Assembly (NCBI GenBank): GCA_005889225.1
Contig: VBEW01000079.1
Location: 1 to 40,876, forward strand
Length of the DNA: 40,876 nt
Reading direction: 5' to 3'
DNA from: Chloroflexota bacterium
Lineage (GTDB): Bacteria; Chloroflexota; Dormibacteria; CF-121
The notes beneath the pieces are model-generated. The model did not search any database. It had not been told where the DNA came from and saw only the letters and a list, made by a program, of their open reading frames with translations. Below are positions 8,658 to 18,006 of the stretch, piece by piece. A program made the translations under genes and the position numbers. How positions within the stretch are numbered: the first letter of the stretch is position 1; each line of letters opens with the position of its first letter.

Positions 8658-9416
8658 ATGTGGGACTGGATAACCACCCACTGGGACGAAGAGTGGGCCC
8701 GCTTTGTCGAGGGGCTACTCCTCCTCCTCGTTGCCATTGTCCTGGCGGGCTTCGTTCGGAGGACGGCTCGCAACCAGCTCAAACGGACCCACGTCGACCC
8801 CCAGGTCATCCTGCTCGTTTCGCGGATGGCCTATCTGGCGACGGTGCTTCTGGGCATCATCGCCTTTTTCACGCGCTGGTTCGGAAACAGCGCCCTGGTG
8901 TTCGGAGGGTTCGGGTTCTTCGCCCTGGCGGTCAGCCTTGCCTTTCAAGACATCCTGAAGAATTTCATCGCCGGGCTCTTCTTGCTTATCGAGCGGCCAT
9001 TCCGACTGGGCGACGAGATCACGGTGGACAATCACACGGGCATTGTCGAGAACATCGAGATGCGCGCCACGACGCTGCGAACGAGTGAGGGCGAGCAGGT
9101 GATCACGCCGAACTCGCTTGTCTATACGGGGACGATCATCAACCGCACGCGGTATCCCACGCGCCTATTCACGCTGACGGCCAAGGTCCCAACCGGCGTC
9201 ACTCTTGATGGGCTGGTGGAAAGACTCAAGGAGCAGATCCAAAGCCGTCCCGACATCGCCAAGGATCCAGCTCCGCACGTGGGGCTGCAACCCAACGTCG
9301 ACGGCGGCCTGACGCTCGAAGTCCGCTACTGGCTGGACTACCGCCGCAACGATCCCCTGGCGGTGCAGGCCGCGGTGGGACAGCAGATCTACCAGGCGAT
9401 TCAATCGACCAAATAG
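8658..9416 (+). CDS. mscS: Small-conductance mechanosensitive channel
   Basis: Three TM helices, AFQDILKNFIAG, RPFRLGDEI, PNS motifs. TAGAAT lies 7 nt before ATG 8658. Confidence 0.92.
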   Translation: MWDWITTHWDEEWARFVEGLLLLLVAIVLAGFVRRTARNQLKRTHVDPQVILLVSRMAYLATVLLGIIAFFTRWFGNSALVFGGFGFFALAVSLAFQDILKNFIAGLFLLIERPFRLGDEITVDNHTGIVENIEMRATTLRTSEGEQVITPNSLVYTGTIINRTRYPTRLFTLTAKVPTGVTLDGLVERLKEQIQSRPDIAKDPAPHVGLQPNVDGGLTLEVRYWLDYRRNDPLAVQAAVGQQIYQAIQSTK

Positions 9417-10663
9417 GGAGCGCCCTTCGCCGGGCGCTGGCTGGCTTTCGCGCCTTCAGCCCGGCGGCGCGGCAGTTTCTCGCCTTCTCGCTGCTGATAT
9501 CGATTGCGTTCGCCATCTTCAACCTCGTCTTCAACCTGTACATGAGCGCGCTCGGCTTTTCGAATGACCTCATCGGGGTCTTCAACTCGCTGCCGGCGCT
9601 CGCCCTGCTCGGGGTCGGGCTTCCCCTGGCCGCGATGGCCGATCGGCTCGGCTATCGCGCCTTCCTTCTCGGCAGCGGCCTCCTGGCAGTGCTGGCCTCG
9701 CTGGTGCTGTCGATCGCGGGGGCACCGCTCGTGGCGGTCCTGGCCGCCGGGAGCTTCGCCCTAGCCCTGACCGTCCTCGAGGTCTTGAGCGGGCCGCTGC
9801 TGGCGCAGGTCAGCGCGGAAGCCGAGCGGGTCTCGCTGTTCGCGGTCAACCAGGCCCTCGCCTGGCTGGCGACCCTGGTTGGCGATCTGCTGGGTGGCGG
9901 CATTCCCGAGGCCGTCGCCCGGACGACCCGGAGCTCGAGTGCCTCGGCCACCTCGATTCGTTCGGCCTTCGCGGCTATGGCCGTCCTGACCGTGCTCGGG
10001 TTACCGTTTCTCGTTCGTCTGGCGAGAAGCGCCGGAGTCAGGCCGGTGGTGGTCTTGCCGATGCGCGACCTGTTTCGGGTTGATTCCGCTCGCTTCCTCC
10101 GCATCCTGCTGCCTGGCTTCGTGCTCGGGATCGGCGCCGGCATGTACCTGAACTTCGTTCAGCTTTACCTGGCGCAGCGTTTCGGCTTGACCCCCGGTCC
10201 CATCGGGTTGATCCTGGCCGTCGGTGCGGCGCTGACGGCGCTCGTCACACTCTCGGCGCCGAGTCTGGCGCGTCGATTCGGGATTACGCGGAGCATCGGG
10301 CTTCTGCAGGCCGCGGGATCGCCGCTCGTCCTGGGGCTCGCGTTCGTCATGACCTTGCCTCTCGCGGTCGTTATCCTCTACGTCCGGCAGCTGGCCCTCA
10401 ACCTTCAGGCGCCGCTCAGCCAGGCGTTTGGGATGGAGTACGTCGAGCCGCAACAGCGCGCCCGGCTGGCCACGGCGCAGACCGTCGTGGTCGGCATCGG
10501 CCTGGGCGGAATCGGCCCACTGGTTAGCGGCTTCCTGCAGGTCCGCGGCGGATATCAGCTGGCTTTTTCGGTCAGCGCGCTCTTCTATCTGCTGGCGGGC
10601 CTCATCTTCCTGAGGCTGTTCGGCCAGGTCCGGCTGCCATCGGAGCGCGCCGCGACCGGCTAG
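9413..10663 (+). CDS. MFS transporter
   Basis: Motif A-like MADRLGYR and about 12 TMs. The first TM (QFLAFSLLISIAFAIFNLVFNLY) lies upstream of the first ATG (9542), so the start is placed at ATA 9413 (or CTG 9437). Confidence 0.88.
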   Translation: MGSALRRALAGFRAFSPAARQFLAFSLLISIAFAIFNLVFNLYMSALGFSNDLIGVFNSLPALALLGVGLPLAAMADRLGYRAFLLGSGLLAVLASLVLSIAGAPLVAVLAAGSFALALTVLEVLSGPLLAQVSAEAERVSLFAVNQALAWLATLVGDLLGGGIPEAVARTTRSSSASATSIRSAFAAMAVLTVLGLPFLVRLARSAGVRPVVVLPMRDLFRVDSARFLRILLPGFVLGIGAGMYLNFVQLYLAQRFGLTPGPIGLILAVGAALTALVTLSAPSLARRFGITRSIGLLQAAGSPLVLGLAFVMTLPLAVVILYVRQLALNLQAPLSQAFGMEYVEPQQRARLATAQTVVVGIGLGGIGPLVSGFLQVRGGYQLAFSVSALFYLLAGLIFLRLFGQVRLPSERAATG

Positions 10664-11040
10664 GCGAGTTGACCCAGAGCCAGCAGGTTCCCTTCGCTGT
10701 CGCGGAACCACGCTGCCTTTTCGTACCCGAGATCGGCGATCCCCTGGTTGGTCTTGAGGCCGGGGAAGTCATATTCCTCGAAGTGGATGCCGCGACTCTT
10801 GAGCTTGGCGACACTGGCGACAATGTCCTTCACGAACCACGCCATCTGGGTATGTTGTCCAGAGGCGCGGGCGCCACTGGGGAAGAGAAGGAACCCACTG
10901 CTGCCGTTTCCTTCATAAAAGAGGGCGCTCGCGAACTCGCGTGTCGGCCTCAGCCCCAGCTTCTCCGCATAGAACGCCCTCGCGCGCGCGAGATCCTCCA
11001 CCGGCAGCGTCGTCTTCGCGATCGCGTCATTCAAGCTCAT
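10660..11040 (-). CDS. VOC/glyoxalase family protein
   Basis: DLARARAFYAEKLGL, AWFRDSEGNLL. Confidence 0.9.
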   Translation of the reverse strand: MSLNDAIAKTTLPVEDLARARAFYAEKLGLRPTREFASALFYEGNGSSGFLLFPSGARASGQHTQMAWFVKDIVASVAKLKSRGIHFEEYDFPGLKTNQGIADLGYEKAAWFRDSEGNLLALGQLA

Positions 11041-11075
11041 CGGAAGATCTTAGAGCGAACTTCTATAGTCAGCTG

Positions 11076-12422
11076 ATGGCGCAGGAGACGCTGTTTCCAG
11101 CTCCGGACGAGCCCGTCGCAAAAGACCAGCCGCTGGCGGCGCGCATGCGGCCGCGCACCCTCGATGAGTTCGTGGGTCAGGAACACCTGGTGGGACCCGA
11201 GCACGAGCTGCGCCGCGCCATCGAAGAAGATCGGGTCGGCTCGATGATCCTCTGGGGACCGCCGGGAAGCGGCAAGACCACGTTGGCCCGCGTGATCGCG
11301 CGCGTCACCTCATCGCATTTTGTCCCACTGAGTGCGGTCAGCGCCGGGGTGGCGGACCTGCGGCGGAACATCGAAGAGGCGCGGCTCCGTCGGGCCCAGT
11401 CGGGTAAGCGAACCATCCTGTTCATCGATGAGATCCATCGGTTCAACAAAGGCCAGCAGGATGCCGTGCTGCCGTTTGTCGAGGAGGGCGTCATCACCCT
11501 GATCGGGGCAACCACGGAAAACCCATCCTTCGAAGTCAATGCCGCGCTGCTGTCACGGACCCGCGTCTTCGTGCTCGGCGCGCTGGACGATGGGCAGGTG
11601 GGCGAGATCGTCGATCGAGCCGTGACGGACGCGGAGCGTGGGCTCGCCGGCCGCCCTGTCGAGCTCGACCCGGACGCCCGCGCCGCGCTGATCCGGGTGG
11701 CGAACGGCGATGCCCGGGTGGCGCTCAACGGCCTCGAGGCTGCCGCCGCCCTGGCGAGGCCGAGGCAGGGCCGGCGGAACGTCACCACCGCGCTCGTCGA
11801 AGAGGCAGTGCAGCGCAAGAACCTCCTGTATGACCGCGCCGGCGAGGAGCACTACAACATCATCTCGGCCCTGCATAAGAGCCTCCGGGACAGCGACCCC
11901 GATGCCTCGCTCTACTGGCTGGGCCGCATGCTCGAGGCCGGTGAAGATCCGCTCTACGTCGCCCGTCGGCTGATCCGCTTTGCCTCCGAGGACATCGGCC
12001 TGGCCGATCCGCAGGCCCTGACCCAGGCCGTCGCCGCCCAGCAGGCTGCGCACTTCATCGGGATGCCGGAGGCCAATCTGGCGCTGGCGCAGGCGGTGGT
12101 CTATCTCGCCACGGCTCCCAAGAGCAACGCGCTCTATGCCGCGTACACCAGCGTGCAGGAAGACGTCGAGCGGACCCGCGCCGACCCGGTGCCGCTGCAC
12201 TTACGCAATGCGCCGACGCCGCTGATGCGAAAGATCGGCTACGGCAAGGGCTATCGCTACGCCCACGATTACGAGGAGGCGCAGGTGGAGCAGCAGCACC
12301 TGCCCGACGCGATCAAGGACCGCACCTATTACCGCCCCTCGGAGCGGGGCTACGAGAAGTCCGTCAAGGAACGGCTCGATGCCTTTGCGGCCGCCCGCCG
12401 GCGAACCGGGGCGTCGAGCTAA
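11076..12422 (+). CDS. rarA: Replication-associated recombination protein A (MgsA/RarA)
   Basis: PLAARMRPRTL, GPPGSGKTT, DEIHRFNK, GATTENPSF, SEDIGLADP, VPLHLRNAPT, YAHD. Confidence 0.96.
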   Translation: MAQETLFPAPDEPVAKDQPLAARMRPRTLDEFVGQEHLVGPEHELRRAIEEDRVGSMILWGPPGSGKTTLARVIARVTSSHFVPLSAVSAGVADLRRNIEEARLRRAQSGKRTILFIDEIHRFNKGQQDAVLPFVEEGVITLIGATTENPSFEVNAALLSRTRVFVLGALDDGQVGEIVDRAVTDAERGLAGRPVELDPDARAALIRVANGDARVALNGLEAAAALARPRQGRRNVTTALVEEAVQRKNLLYDRAGEEHYNIISALHKSLRDSDPDASLYWLGRMLEAGEDPLYVARRLIRFASEDIGLADPQALTQAVAAQQAAHFIGMPEANLALAQAVVYLATAPKSNALYAAYTSVQEDVERTRADPVPLHLRNAPTPLMRKIGYGKGYRYAHDYEEAQVEQQHLPDAIKDRTYYRPSERGYEKSVKERLDAFAAARRRTGASS

Positions 12423-12791
12423 CGCGGCACCGCTTCGACGTGCGGCTTGAGCGCGGCATAGCCATTGCCATCACTCGCGTGTGGTTGGCGGCCAGCGCCC
12501 CGCGAGCCAGGGGCGCGATCAGGTTGAGGATCGGATTCGTGGTCGCAACATCTCAGTAGTAAGGGCGCTCGGCCTCGAGGACCTCTAGCGCGTAGGTGAG
12601 GCTGTAGGGGAGTGAGCCGCGCACCTCACACTCGACGACCGAGCCGACCGATCTGCCGTCGCCTCGGATGACCTTCACCCGCCGGAAGTTCTTCCACCAG
12701 CCCGGGTAACGCTGGATGTCGAGGATCACCACGCTTGCTCAACCGGGGATTTGAAGCGCCACTCGGTGGCGAAGTGATAGGTGATCGCCAC
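12419..12791 (-). pseudogene. Degraded SRPBCC/polyketide cyclase-like gene
   Basis: MAITYHFATEWRFKSPVEQAW, a frameshift near 12728, then VILDIQRYPGWWKNFRRV...GSLPYSL...ERPYY, an in-frame TGA (12555-12553), DVATTNPILNLIAPLARGALAANHTRVM, and a second frameshift near 12465. Confidence 0.8.
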
Positions 12792-12810
12792 GCGAGTATT
12801 TTATGAATGC

Positions 12811-13263
12811 GTGCTGTACAACCTGCTCAAGCTGCTGCACATCCTCCTGGCGATCACGGCGGTCGGTTCGAATCTCAGCTACGGCATCTGGCAGGGGCTG
12901 GCGGGCAACGATCCACAGCGCAACTCATTCGTGCTTCGGGGCATCAAGTTCGTCGATGATCATGTCGCGAACCCCGCTTACCTGCTGCTCCTGGTCAGTG
13001 GGCTAACGCTGGCCGCCTGGCACTGGTCCTACACGACACGCTGGATCGAAGCCGCCATCGTGCTCTATGTGATCGTGATCCTGTTTGGGTTCGCGGTCTA
13101 CTCGCCGGCGCTCGTCGGTCAGATCGAGGCGCTCGAGCGCGACGGGATCACCTCGGCTGCGTACCGATCGGCCGCCCTGCGGGCGACCACCTTTGGCATC
13201 GCCGTAATGCTGCCCGTTCTGGGCATCCTCTTCATGATGGTCGTCAAGCCGGCACTCGGATAG
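12811..13263 (+). CDS. DUF2269-like four-TM membrane protein
   Basis: LKLLHILLA, four TM helices, terminal MVVKP. Confidence 0.8.
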   Translation: MLYNLLKLLHILLAITAVGSNLSYGIWQGLAGNDPQRNSFVLRGIKFVDDHVANPAYLLLLVSGLTLAAWHWSYTTRWIEAAIVLYVIVILFGFAVYSPALVGQIEALERDGITSAAYRSAALRATTFGIAVMLPVLGILFMMVVKPALG

Positions 13264-14050
13264 GCGGCGGCGGTAGACGTTCCACCACGTCCAGCATTCG
13301 ACGCATACTGTCGTACGCCTGGTCCTCGATGGGGATGAACTGCCGGATCAGGCCGCGGCCGAGGAGGGCACGGCCGGATGGGTCGTCGCCAAGCTCCGTC
13401 AGCGCGTCTCGCACTCGGACCGCGACCTCGTCGGGCAGGCTGGCGCTGCCCACCACCGGTGGAATCGGAGACGGACCAAGCACGGCGATCACCCGCAGCT
13501 GCCGGTGAAGACCCGGGTTGCGCCGGTGCTCGACGCCGAGGACATGCGAATCGATCGCCGAGGCACTGACCTCTCCGGCGACCACCCGTCGGATCGACTC
13601 CTGATGCCAGCCCGAGAAGATCACCTGGCCGAAGAATCCCTCGGTCTCGCCCATCTCGTGCAGCGTGTAGCGGCTCAGCAGGCAGCCTGAGTACGAGTCC
13701 TCAACGTTGTGCGCCCAGCTTCGCCCGCGCAGATCGTCAAAGGACCGGCAGGGGCTGTCCCGGCGCACGATCACGTCCGAGAAGTAGACTGGGCGGCCGC
13801 CATAGCGTGGCTCGTCCAGAACCGGCGCGGCCAGCAAGCGCAGCATGCCGGGCTGTTCGCGGCGGAGGCGCACGTAGGGGAGGCCACAGAGGAATGCGAT
13901 ATCGACCGAAGCCTGCCGCAGCTGGTCAAGGGAGGCACCTTCGACCAGTGTGGTCGGCGTGCCGAGCCGCTGGCCCACCCGGGCTGCCACCTCCGTGTAG
14001 GTCGAGGTCATGTTCGGCGCCAGGAAATTTGCGAAAACGAGCGTTCTCAC
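13244..14050 (-). CDS. PhnD/SsuA-like substrate-binding-fold protein without signal peptide
   Basis: DIAFLCGLPY, YFSDVIVR, DLRGRSWA, SYSG, HQESIRRV, AIDS, PIPPVV. Start at GTG 14050. Confidence 0.82.
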   Translation of the reverse strand: MRTLVFANFLAPNMTSTYTEVAARVGQRLGTPTTLVEGASLDQLRQASVDIAFLCGLPYVRLRREQPGMLRLLAAPVLDEPRYGGRPVYFSDVIVRRDSPCRSFDDLRGRSWAHNVEDSYSGCLLSRYTLHEMGETEGFFGQVIFSGWHQESIRRVVAGEVSASAIDSHVLGVEHRRNPGLHRQLRVIAVLGPSPIPPVVGSASLPDEVAVRVRDALTELGDDPSGRALLGRGLIRQFIPIEDQAYDSMRRMLDVVERLPPPPIRVPA

Positions 14051-14140
14051 TGACGAGTTGACGGCAGTATCGCACAGCGATCGAGATTGCTTGCGCCGGC
14101 GGGCCGCTTCTGGCATACTCCGAAAAACACTCGTTGCGAG

Positions 14141-14764
14141 GTGACGCCGCCCATCGCCGGCCCGATAATCGAAAATCCGCTCCACGGCGAGCGTATTCGG
14201 TTTCTGAAGACGGCTCCGGAAACCAATGGTGAGCTGGTGCAGTACGAATCCTGGCTGGCGCCTGGCGGCGGCGTGGGCGTTCCCCACATTCACCCGGTGC
14301 AGCAGTCGGACTTCACGGTTGTCTCAGGTACGGCCTCGTTTTCCGTCCACGGGGCGCGGTTTGTGCTCGGACCCGGCCAGAGCCTGACCGTTCCACCGGG
14401 AACGGAGCATTGTCTGTGGAACGCCGGCGAGGTCGAGGCTCACCTGATCGTCGAGTTCCGGCCGGGCCTGCTGAAGCAGGAGTACTCCGAAACCACCTTC
14501 GGCCTGGCTCGGGACGGCAAGCACCACCTTGGGAGCATTCCCAACGTCCTCCAGTGGGCGGTGATCACCGCCGCCTACCGCCGGGAGAGCCGGCCGCTGG
14601 GACAACCGCGTTGGCTGCGGCTCGGTCTGCTCGCCCTTGCCCCCGCCGGGTGGTTGGCCGGCTACCGCGCTCACTATCCTCAGTACTGCACGCGGTCCGA
14701 CGGTCAGCCCGATGGGCCGGAGGATCCCCATTTGATCCCGGATACCGACCGGCTCGCCAGCTGA
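14141..14764 (+). CDS. Cupin domain protein
   Basis: PHIHPVQ, VPPGTEH cupin motifs; IENPLHGERI N-terminus. Start at GTG 14141. Confidence 0.85.
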   Translation: MTPPIAGPIIENPLHGERIRFLKTAPETNGELVQYESWLAPGGGVGVPHIHPVQQSDFTVVSGTASFSVHGARFVLGPGQSLTVPPGTEHCLWNAGEVEAHLIVEFRPGLLKQEYSETTFGLARDGKHHLGSIPNVLQWAVITAAYRRESRPLGQPRWLRLGLLALAPAGWLAGYRAHYPQYCTRSDGQPDGPEDPHLIPDTDRLAS

Positions 14765-14802
14765 GCTTCTCGCCGACGGCGCCATCCGGCTGCTGATCGT
14801 CC

Positions 14803-15966
14803 GTGGCTGAGGCCGCCTACGACCTGGCCATTATCGGCGCCGGCGTGATGGGCCTCTTCACGGCCCTGTTCGCAAGCCGCCGCGGCGCGAGGGTCCTGGT
14901 CCTCGACGCCTGGCGGATCGGCGACTCGAGGGCGGCTTCGTACAGCCTGACGCGGTCCGTCCGCAATGACTACCTGGATCCGCTCTACGCGCGCCTCGCG
15001 TATCAGGCCAGAAAGCTCTGGCTGGACTTCCAGGCCGAATCGCGCGAGCCCTTCCTGATCGAGTGCGGATGTCTGAATATCGCCAGCGCGAGCGTCACCC
15101 CGGCCCTCTCCGAAACGTACGCGGAGCAGAGCTACCGGGTCCTGCAGGGACTCGATCTGAAGACCGGGGCGTTCGACCGCGATGGCCTGCACGCGCGGTT
15201 TCCCCAGTTCGACGCCGATATCGGCCGGCTGGATGTGGAGGCGGGGTTCCTGTATGTGCCACCCATCACGCAAACGCTGCTTGCCGGGCTGCGGGCGGCG
15301 CGGGTGGTCATCGAGCAGGACACCCGGGTGCAGCAAATCAGCCGCCGACAGGGCCGGATCGTCATCGATACCTCCGCGGGGGAACGCCTGGCCGAGCGGC
15401 TGGTTTTCACTGCCGGGCTCGGGGTTAACGACCTTCTGGCCAGGACTCAGGGCTGTGACCTCCAGCTCCCGCTTCGCCCGGACCGGCCAAGTGAGTCGAA
15501 GTATTTCGTTCCGCCACCGGAAAGGCGCGAACTGTTCACGCCCGAGCGGCTGCCTGTTTTTGCGTACCTCGACGTCGGCATTTACGGCCACCCGATGCTC
15601 CAGGGAAAGACGCCCGGGGTCAAGATCGGGTACTACAACCCACCGGACGTGCGCCGGCAGGTGACCCGGATCTCCAGCGTGCTGAGCTTTGTGGCCGAGT
15701 GCATGCCGCAGCTAGTGGATGCCCGCGTCCTCGACGTCGAGGGGGCGGACCAATGCTCGTATGATCTGGTCGCAGATGACAATTTCATCCTGGGACCGGT
15801 CCCCGGACTTCCCCATCTGGCGATCGGCACCGGTTGGCGCGGCACCGGCTACAAGTTCGCGCCGCTTATCGGCCGGACGCTGTCGGAACTGGCCCTGGAT
15901 GGCAAGGCGGTCGAGGATATCTCCCGCTTTGCTCCGCAACGCTTCGTGACGAGCCATGCCGGTTAG
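14803..15966 (+). CDS. FAD-dependent amine oxidase, monomeric sarcosine oxidase/SolA family
   Basis: GAGVMG dinucleotide fold, TRSVR, CSY (covalent-flavin Cys position), DDNFILG, GYKFAP. Confidence 0.85.
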   Translation: MAEAAYDLAIIGAGVMGLFTALFASRRGARVLVLDAWRIGDSRAASYSLTRSVRNDYLDPLYARLAYQARKLWLDFQAESREPFLIECGCLNIASASVTPALSETYAEQSYRVLQGLDLKTGAFDRDGLHARFPQFDADIGRLDVEAGFLYVPPITQTLLAGLRAARVVIEQDTRVQQISRRQGRIVIDTSAGERLAERLVFTAGLGVNDLLARTQGCDLQLPLRPDRPSESKYFVPPPERRELFTPERLPVFAYLDVGIYGHPMLQGKTPGVKIGYYNPPDVRRQVTRISSVLSFVAECMPQLVDARVLDVEGADQCSYDLVADDNFILGPVPGLPHLAIGTGWRGTGYKFAPLIGRTLSELALDGKAVEDISRFAPQRFVTSHAG

Positions 15967-16993
15967 GAGCCAGCGAGGGATTCTCGACCGACTGCAGGCC
16001 GGTATCGTGCTGGGGGCGGAAGGGTACGTCTTCGAACTGGAACGGCGGGGCTACATCAAGGCCGGGCCCTATGTCCCCGAAGTCGTTCTCGATTTCCCCG
16101 ACGCCGTGCGCGAGCTGCACCGCGAGTTCCTTCGAGCCGGCGCGGACGTCATGGTGGCACTCACCTACTACGCGCATCGCGAGAAATTGAAGACGGTCGG
16201 TCGCGAGAATGACCTCGAGGCGTTGAACCGCCAGGCGCTGCGGGTCGCGAATGAGGTCGCGCGCGAGGGCGATGCAGTGGTTGCGGGGGACATCTGCAAC
16301 ACCTGGGCCTACGATCCGAAAAACAAGGAAGCGTCCTCGCGGGTGGTCCGCGCGATGTACGAGGAGCAGCTCTCCTGGGCGGTGGACGAGGGCATCGATT
16401 TCGTTATTGCCGAGACGAATGACTACCTGGGCGAGTCGCTGATCGCACTGCAGGTCATCAAGGAGCTCGGCTTGCCCGCCATGGTCACCCTGGCCTCGAC
16501 CCGGCCGCATCAGACCTGGGATGGCTACGACTATGTCGACGCCTGCAAGATCCTGGCGGACCAGGGGGCCGACATCGTCGGCCTGAACTGTGATCGGGGA
16601 CCTGCCACCATGCTGCCGATCATCGAGCGCGTCCGCAACCGGGTCAGCAGCTACGTCGCGGCGCAGCCCGTTCCGTTCAAAACCGATCCCGCCATGCCCA
16701 CCTTCGAGTCCTTGAAGACCGCGTCTGGAACGCGGGCCTTTCCGATCGCGCTCGAGCCGTTCCTCTGCACTCGTTTCGAGATGGCCGCCTACGCGGAGCG
16801 CGCCAAAGAGCTGGGCGTCAACTACATCGGGATCTGCTGTGGCGGCTCACCGCACTATGTGCGCGCCATGGCTGAGGCGCTTGGCCGAACCGTTCCGGCC
16901 AGTCGGTACTCGCCGGCGATCGAGCTCCACCCGATGATCGGGGCGCACGTCGAGGAAAAAGAGAAGGAATTCCTGGTCGACTGGAAAGGTTGA
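15956..16993 (+). CDS. Homocysteine S-methyltransferase family, betaine-homocysteine methyltransferase-like
   Basis: GYVFELERRGYIKAGP, LHREFLRAG, AET, and Zn ligands GLNC and GICCG. Confidence 0.88.
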   Translation: MPVRSQRGILDRLQAGIVLGAEGYVFELERRGYIKAGPYVPEVVLDFPDAVRELHREFLRAGADVMVALTYYAHREKLKTVGRENDLEALNRQALRVANEVAREGDAVVAGDICNTWAYDPKNKEASSRVVRAMYEEQLSWAVDEGIDFVIAETNDYLGESLIALQVIKELGLPAMVTLASTRPHQTWDGYDYVDACKILADQGADIVGLNCDRGPATMLPIIERVRNRVSSYVAAQPVPFKTDPAMPTFESLKTASGTRAFPIALEPFLCTRFEMAAYAERAKELGVNYIGICCGGSPHYVRAMAEALGRTVPASRYSPAIELHPMIGAHVEEKEKEFLVDWKG

Positions 16994-17004
16994 TCGCCTA
17001 CTAG

Positions 17005-17037
17005 CCGGTGGCCCCGCCGCCGGGCGAGGCCACCTGG
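17005..17037. terminator. GC-rich hairpin between convergent genes (possible bidirectional terminator, no U-tract)
   Basis: GGTGGCC/GGCCACC stem plus inner CGCC/GGCG. Confidence 0.5.
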
Positions 17038-17051
17038 ATGCTCTGAGTTAC

Positions 17052-17975
17052 TCAGAAGCCGTGATCTTTGACCCACTTCGTGGCGAGGTCCGCTGGGTCT
17101 TCCTTGTCGACGTCGGCGCTCTTGTTGAGCGCAGTCAAATCGGGCGTATTGAGTTTGGAATCGATGCTGTTTAGCAGCGACGTGACTTCGCTGTTGGCAA
17201 CCGCGGTCCGGATTAGGGGAACGATGTTGTCAGCTTGTTGCAAGTGCTTGTCGTCCTCGAGTACGACGAGGTTGTTTGCCGAGATGCCGCCGTCGCTGGA
17301 GAAGACGAGCCCGATGTTGATGGCGCCGCTCTTGAATGCGGCGTACGTCAATGGACCGCCCGCATCGAGCGCCTTAAAGGCCTTGAAGTGAAGCCCGTAC
17401 GTCTGCTCGAGACCCGGCTTGCAGAACGGGCGCTGAGGGCATTCGGGCGGACCACCCAGGGTCCATCCGCTGGCGACTGCCGTGACGTCTGACAGCTTTG
17501 TCAGATGGTTCTGGTCGGCCTCCGCTTTGGTCACCGCAAAGGCGTTCTGGTCGACGGCGGGCGAGGGATCGAGCGCCTTGATGGCTTTCGAGCTGAGACG
17601 GGCGTTCAGCTTCTGCACGTTTGCCTGAGCGTCGGTTCCGGCTTCGAGATCGACGCTCTGGCGCTTATCGACGAAGTTCAGGTCTGTCGCCGCATATCCG
17701 GCGTAGAGGTCGATCTGGCCAGTCTCCAGGGCGGGTTCGACGATTTCGCGATTGCCCAGCTTGTCGCGATACTTGATGGTGTACCCCTTGTTCTTCAGGG
17801 CCTCGCCGTAGATGTGGGCCAGGATGATGCTCTCGGAGAAGTTGAACGAGGCGATGGTGATGGTCCCTTTCGGCGACGCGGAACTGGAGGGCCCACCTGT
17901 TGATCCGCACGATGTCGTCAACAAGGCTAGGGCCACCATGCTGGCACCCAGGACAAAAACTCGCTTCAGACGCAT
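17052..17975 (-). CDS. Osmoprotectant (OsmX/OpuCC-like) ABC substrate-binding lipoprotein
   Basis: Lipobox LTTSC, FSESIILA, RPFCKPGLEQTYG, LEDDKH. Strong SD AAGGAGGT. Confidence 0.9.
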   Translation of the reverse strand: MRLKRVFVLGASMVALALLTTSCGSTGGPSSSASPKGTITIASFNFSESIILAHIYGEALKNKGYTIKYRDKLGNREIVEPALETGQIDLYAGYAATDLNFVDKRQSVDLEAGTDAQANVQKLNARLSSKAIKALDPSPAVDQNAFAVTKAEADQNHLTKLSDVTAVASGWTLGGPPECPQRPFCKPGLEQTYGLHFKAFKALDAGGPLTYAAFKSGAINIGLVFSSDGGISANNLVVLEDDKHLQQADNIVPLIRTAVANSEVTSLLNSIDSKLNTPDLTALNKSADVDKEDPADLATKWVKDHGF

Positions 17976-18006
17976 GCTATCTACCTCCTTCCTGAATTAC
18001 GACGGA

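Noticed and set aside
12553-12555. In-frame TGA at a likely Trp position in the SRPBCC gene as stop-codon recoding or selenocysteine
   Set aside because: The same gene has frameshifts, and TGA is a normal stop in many intact genes here.
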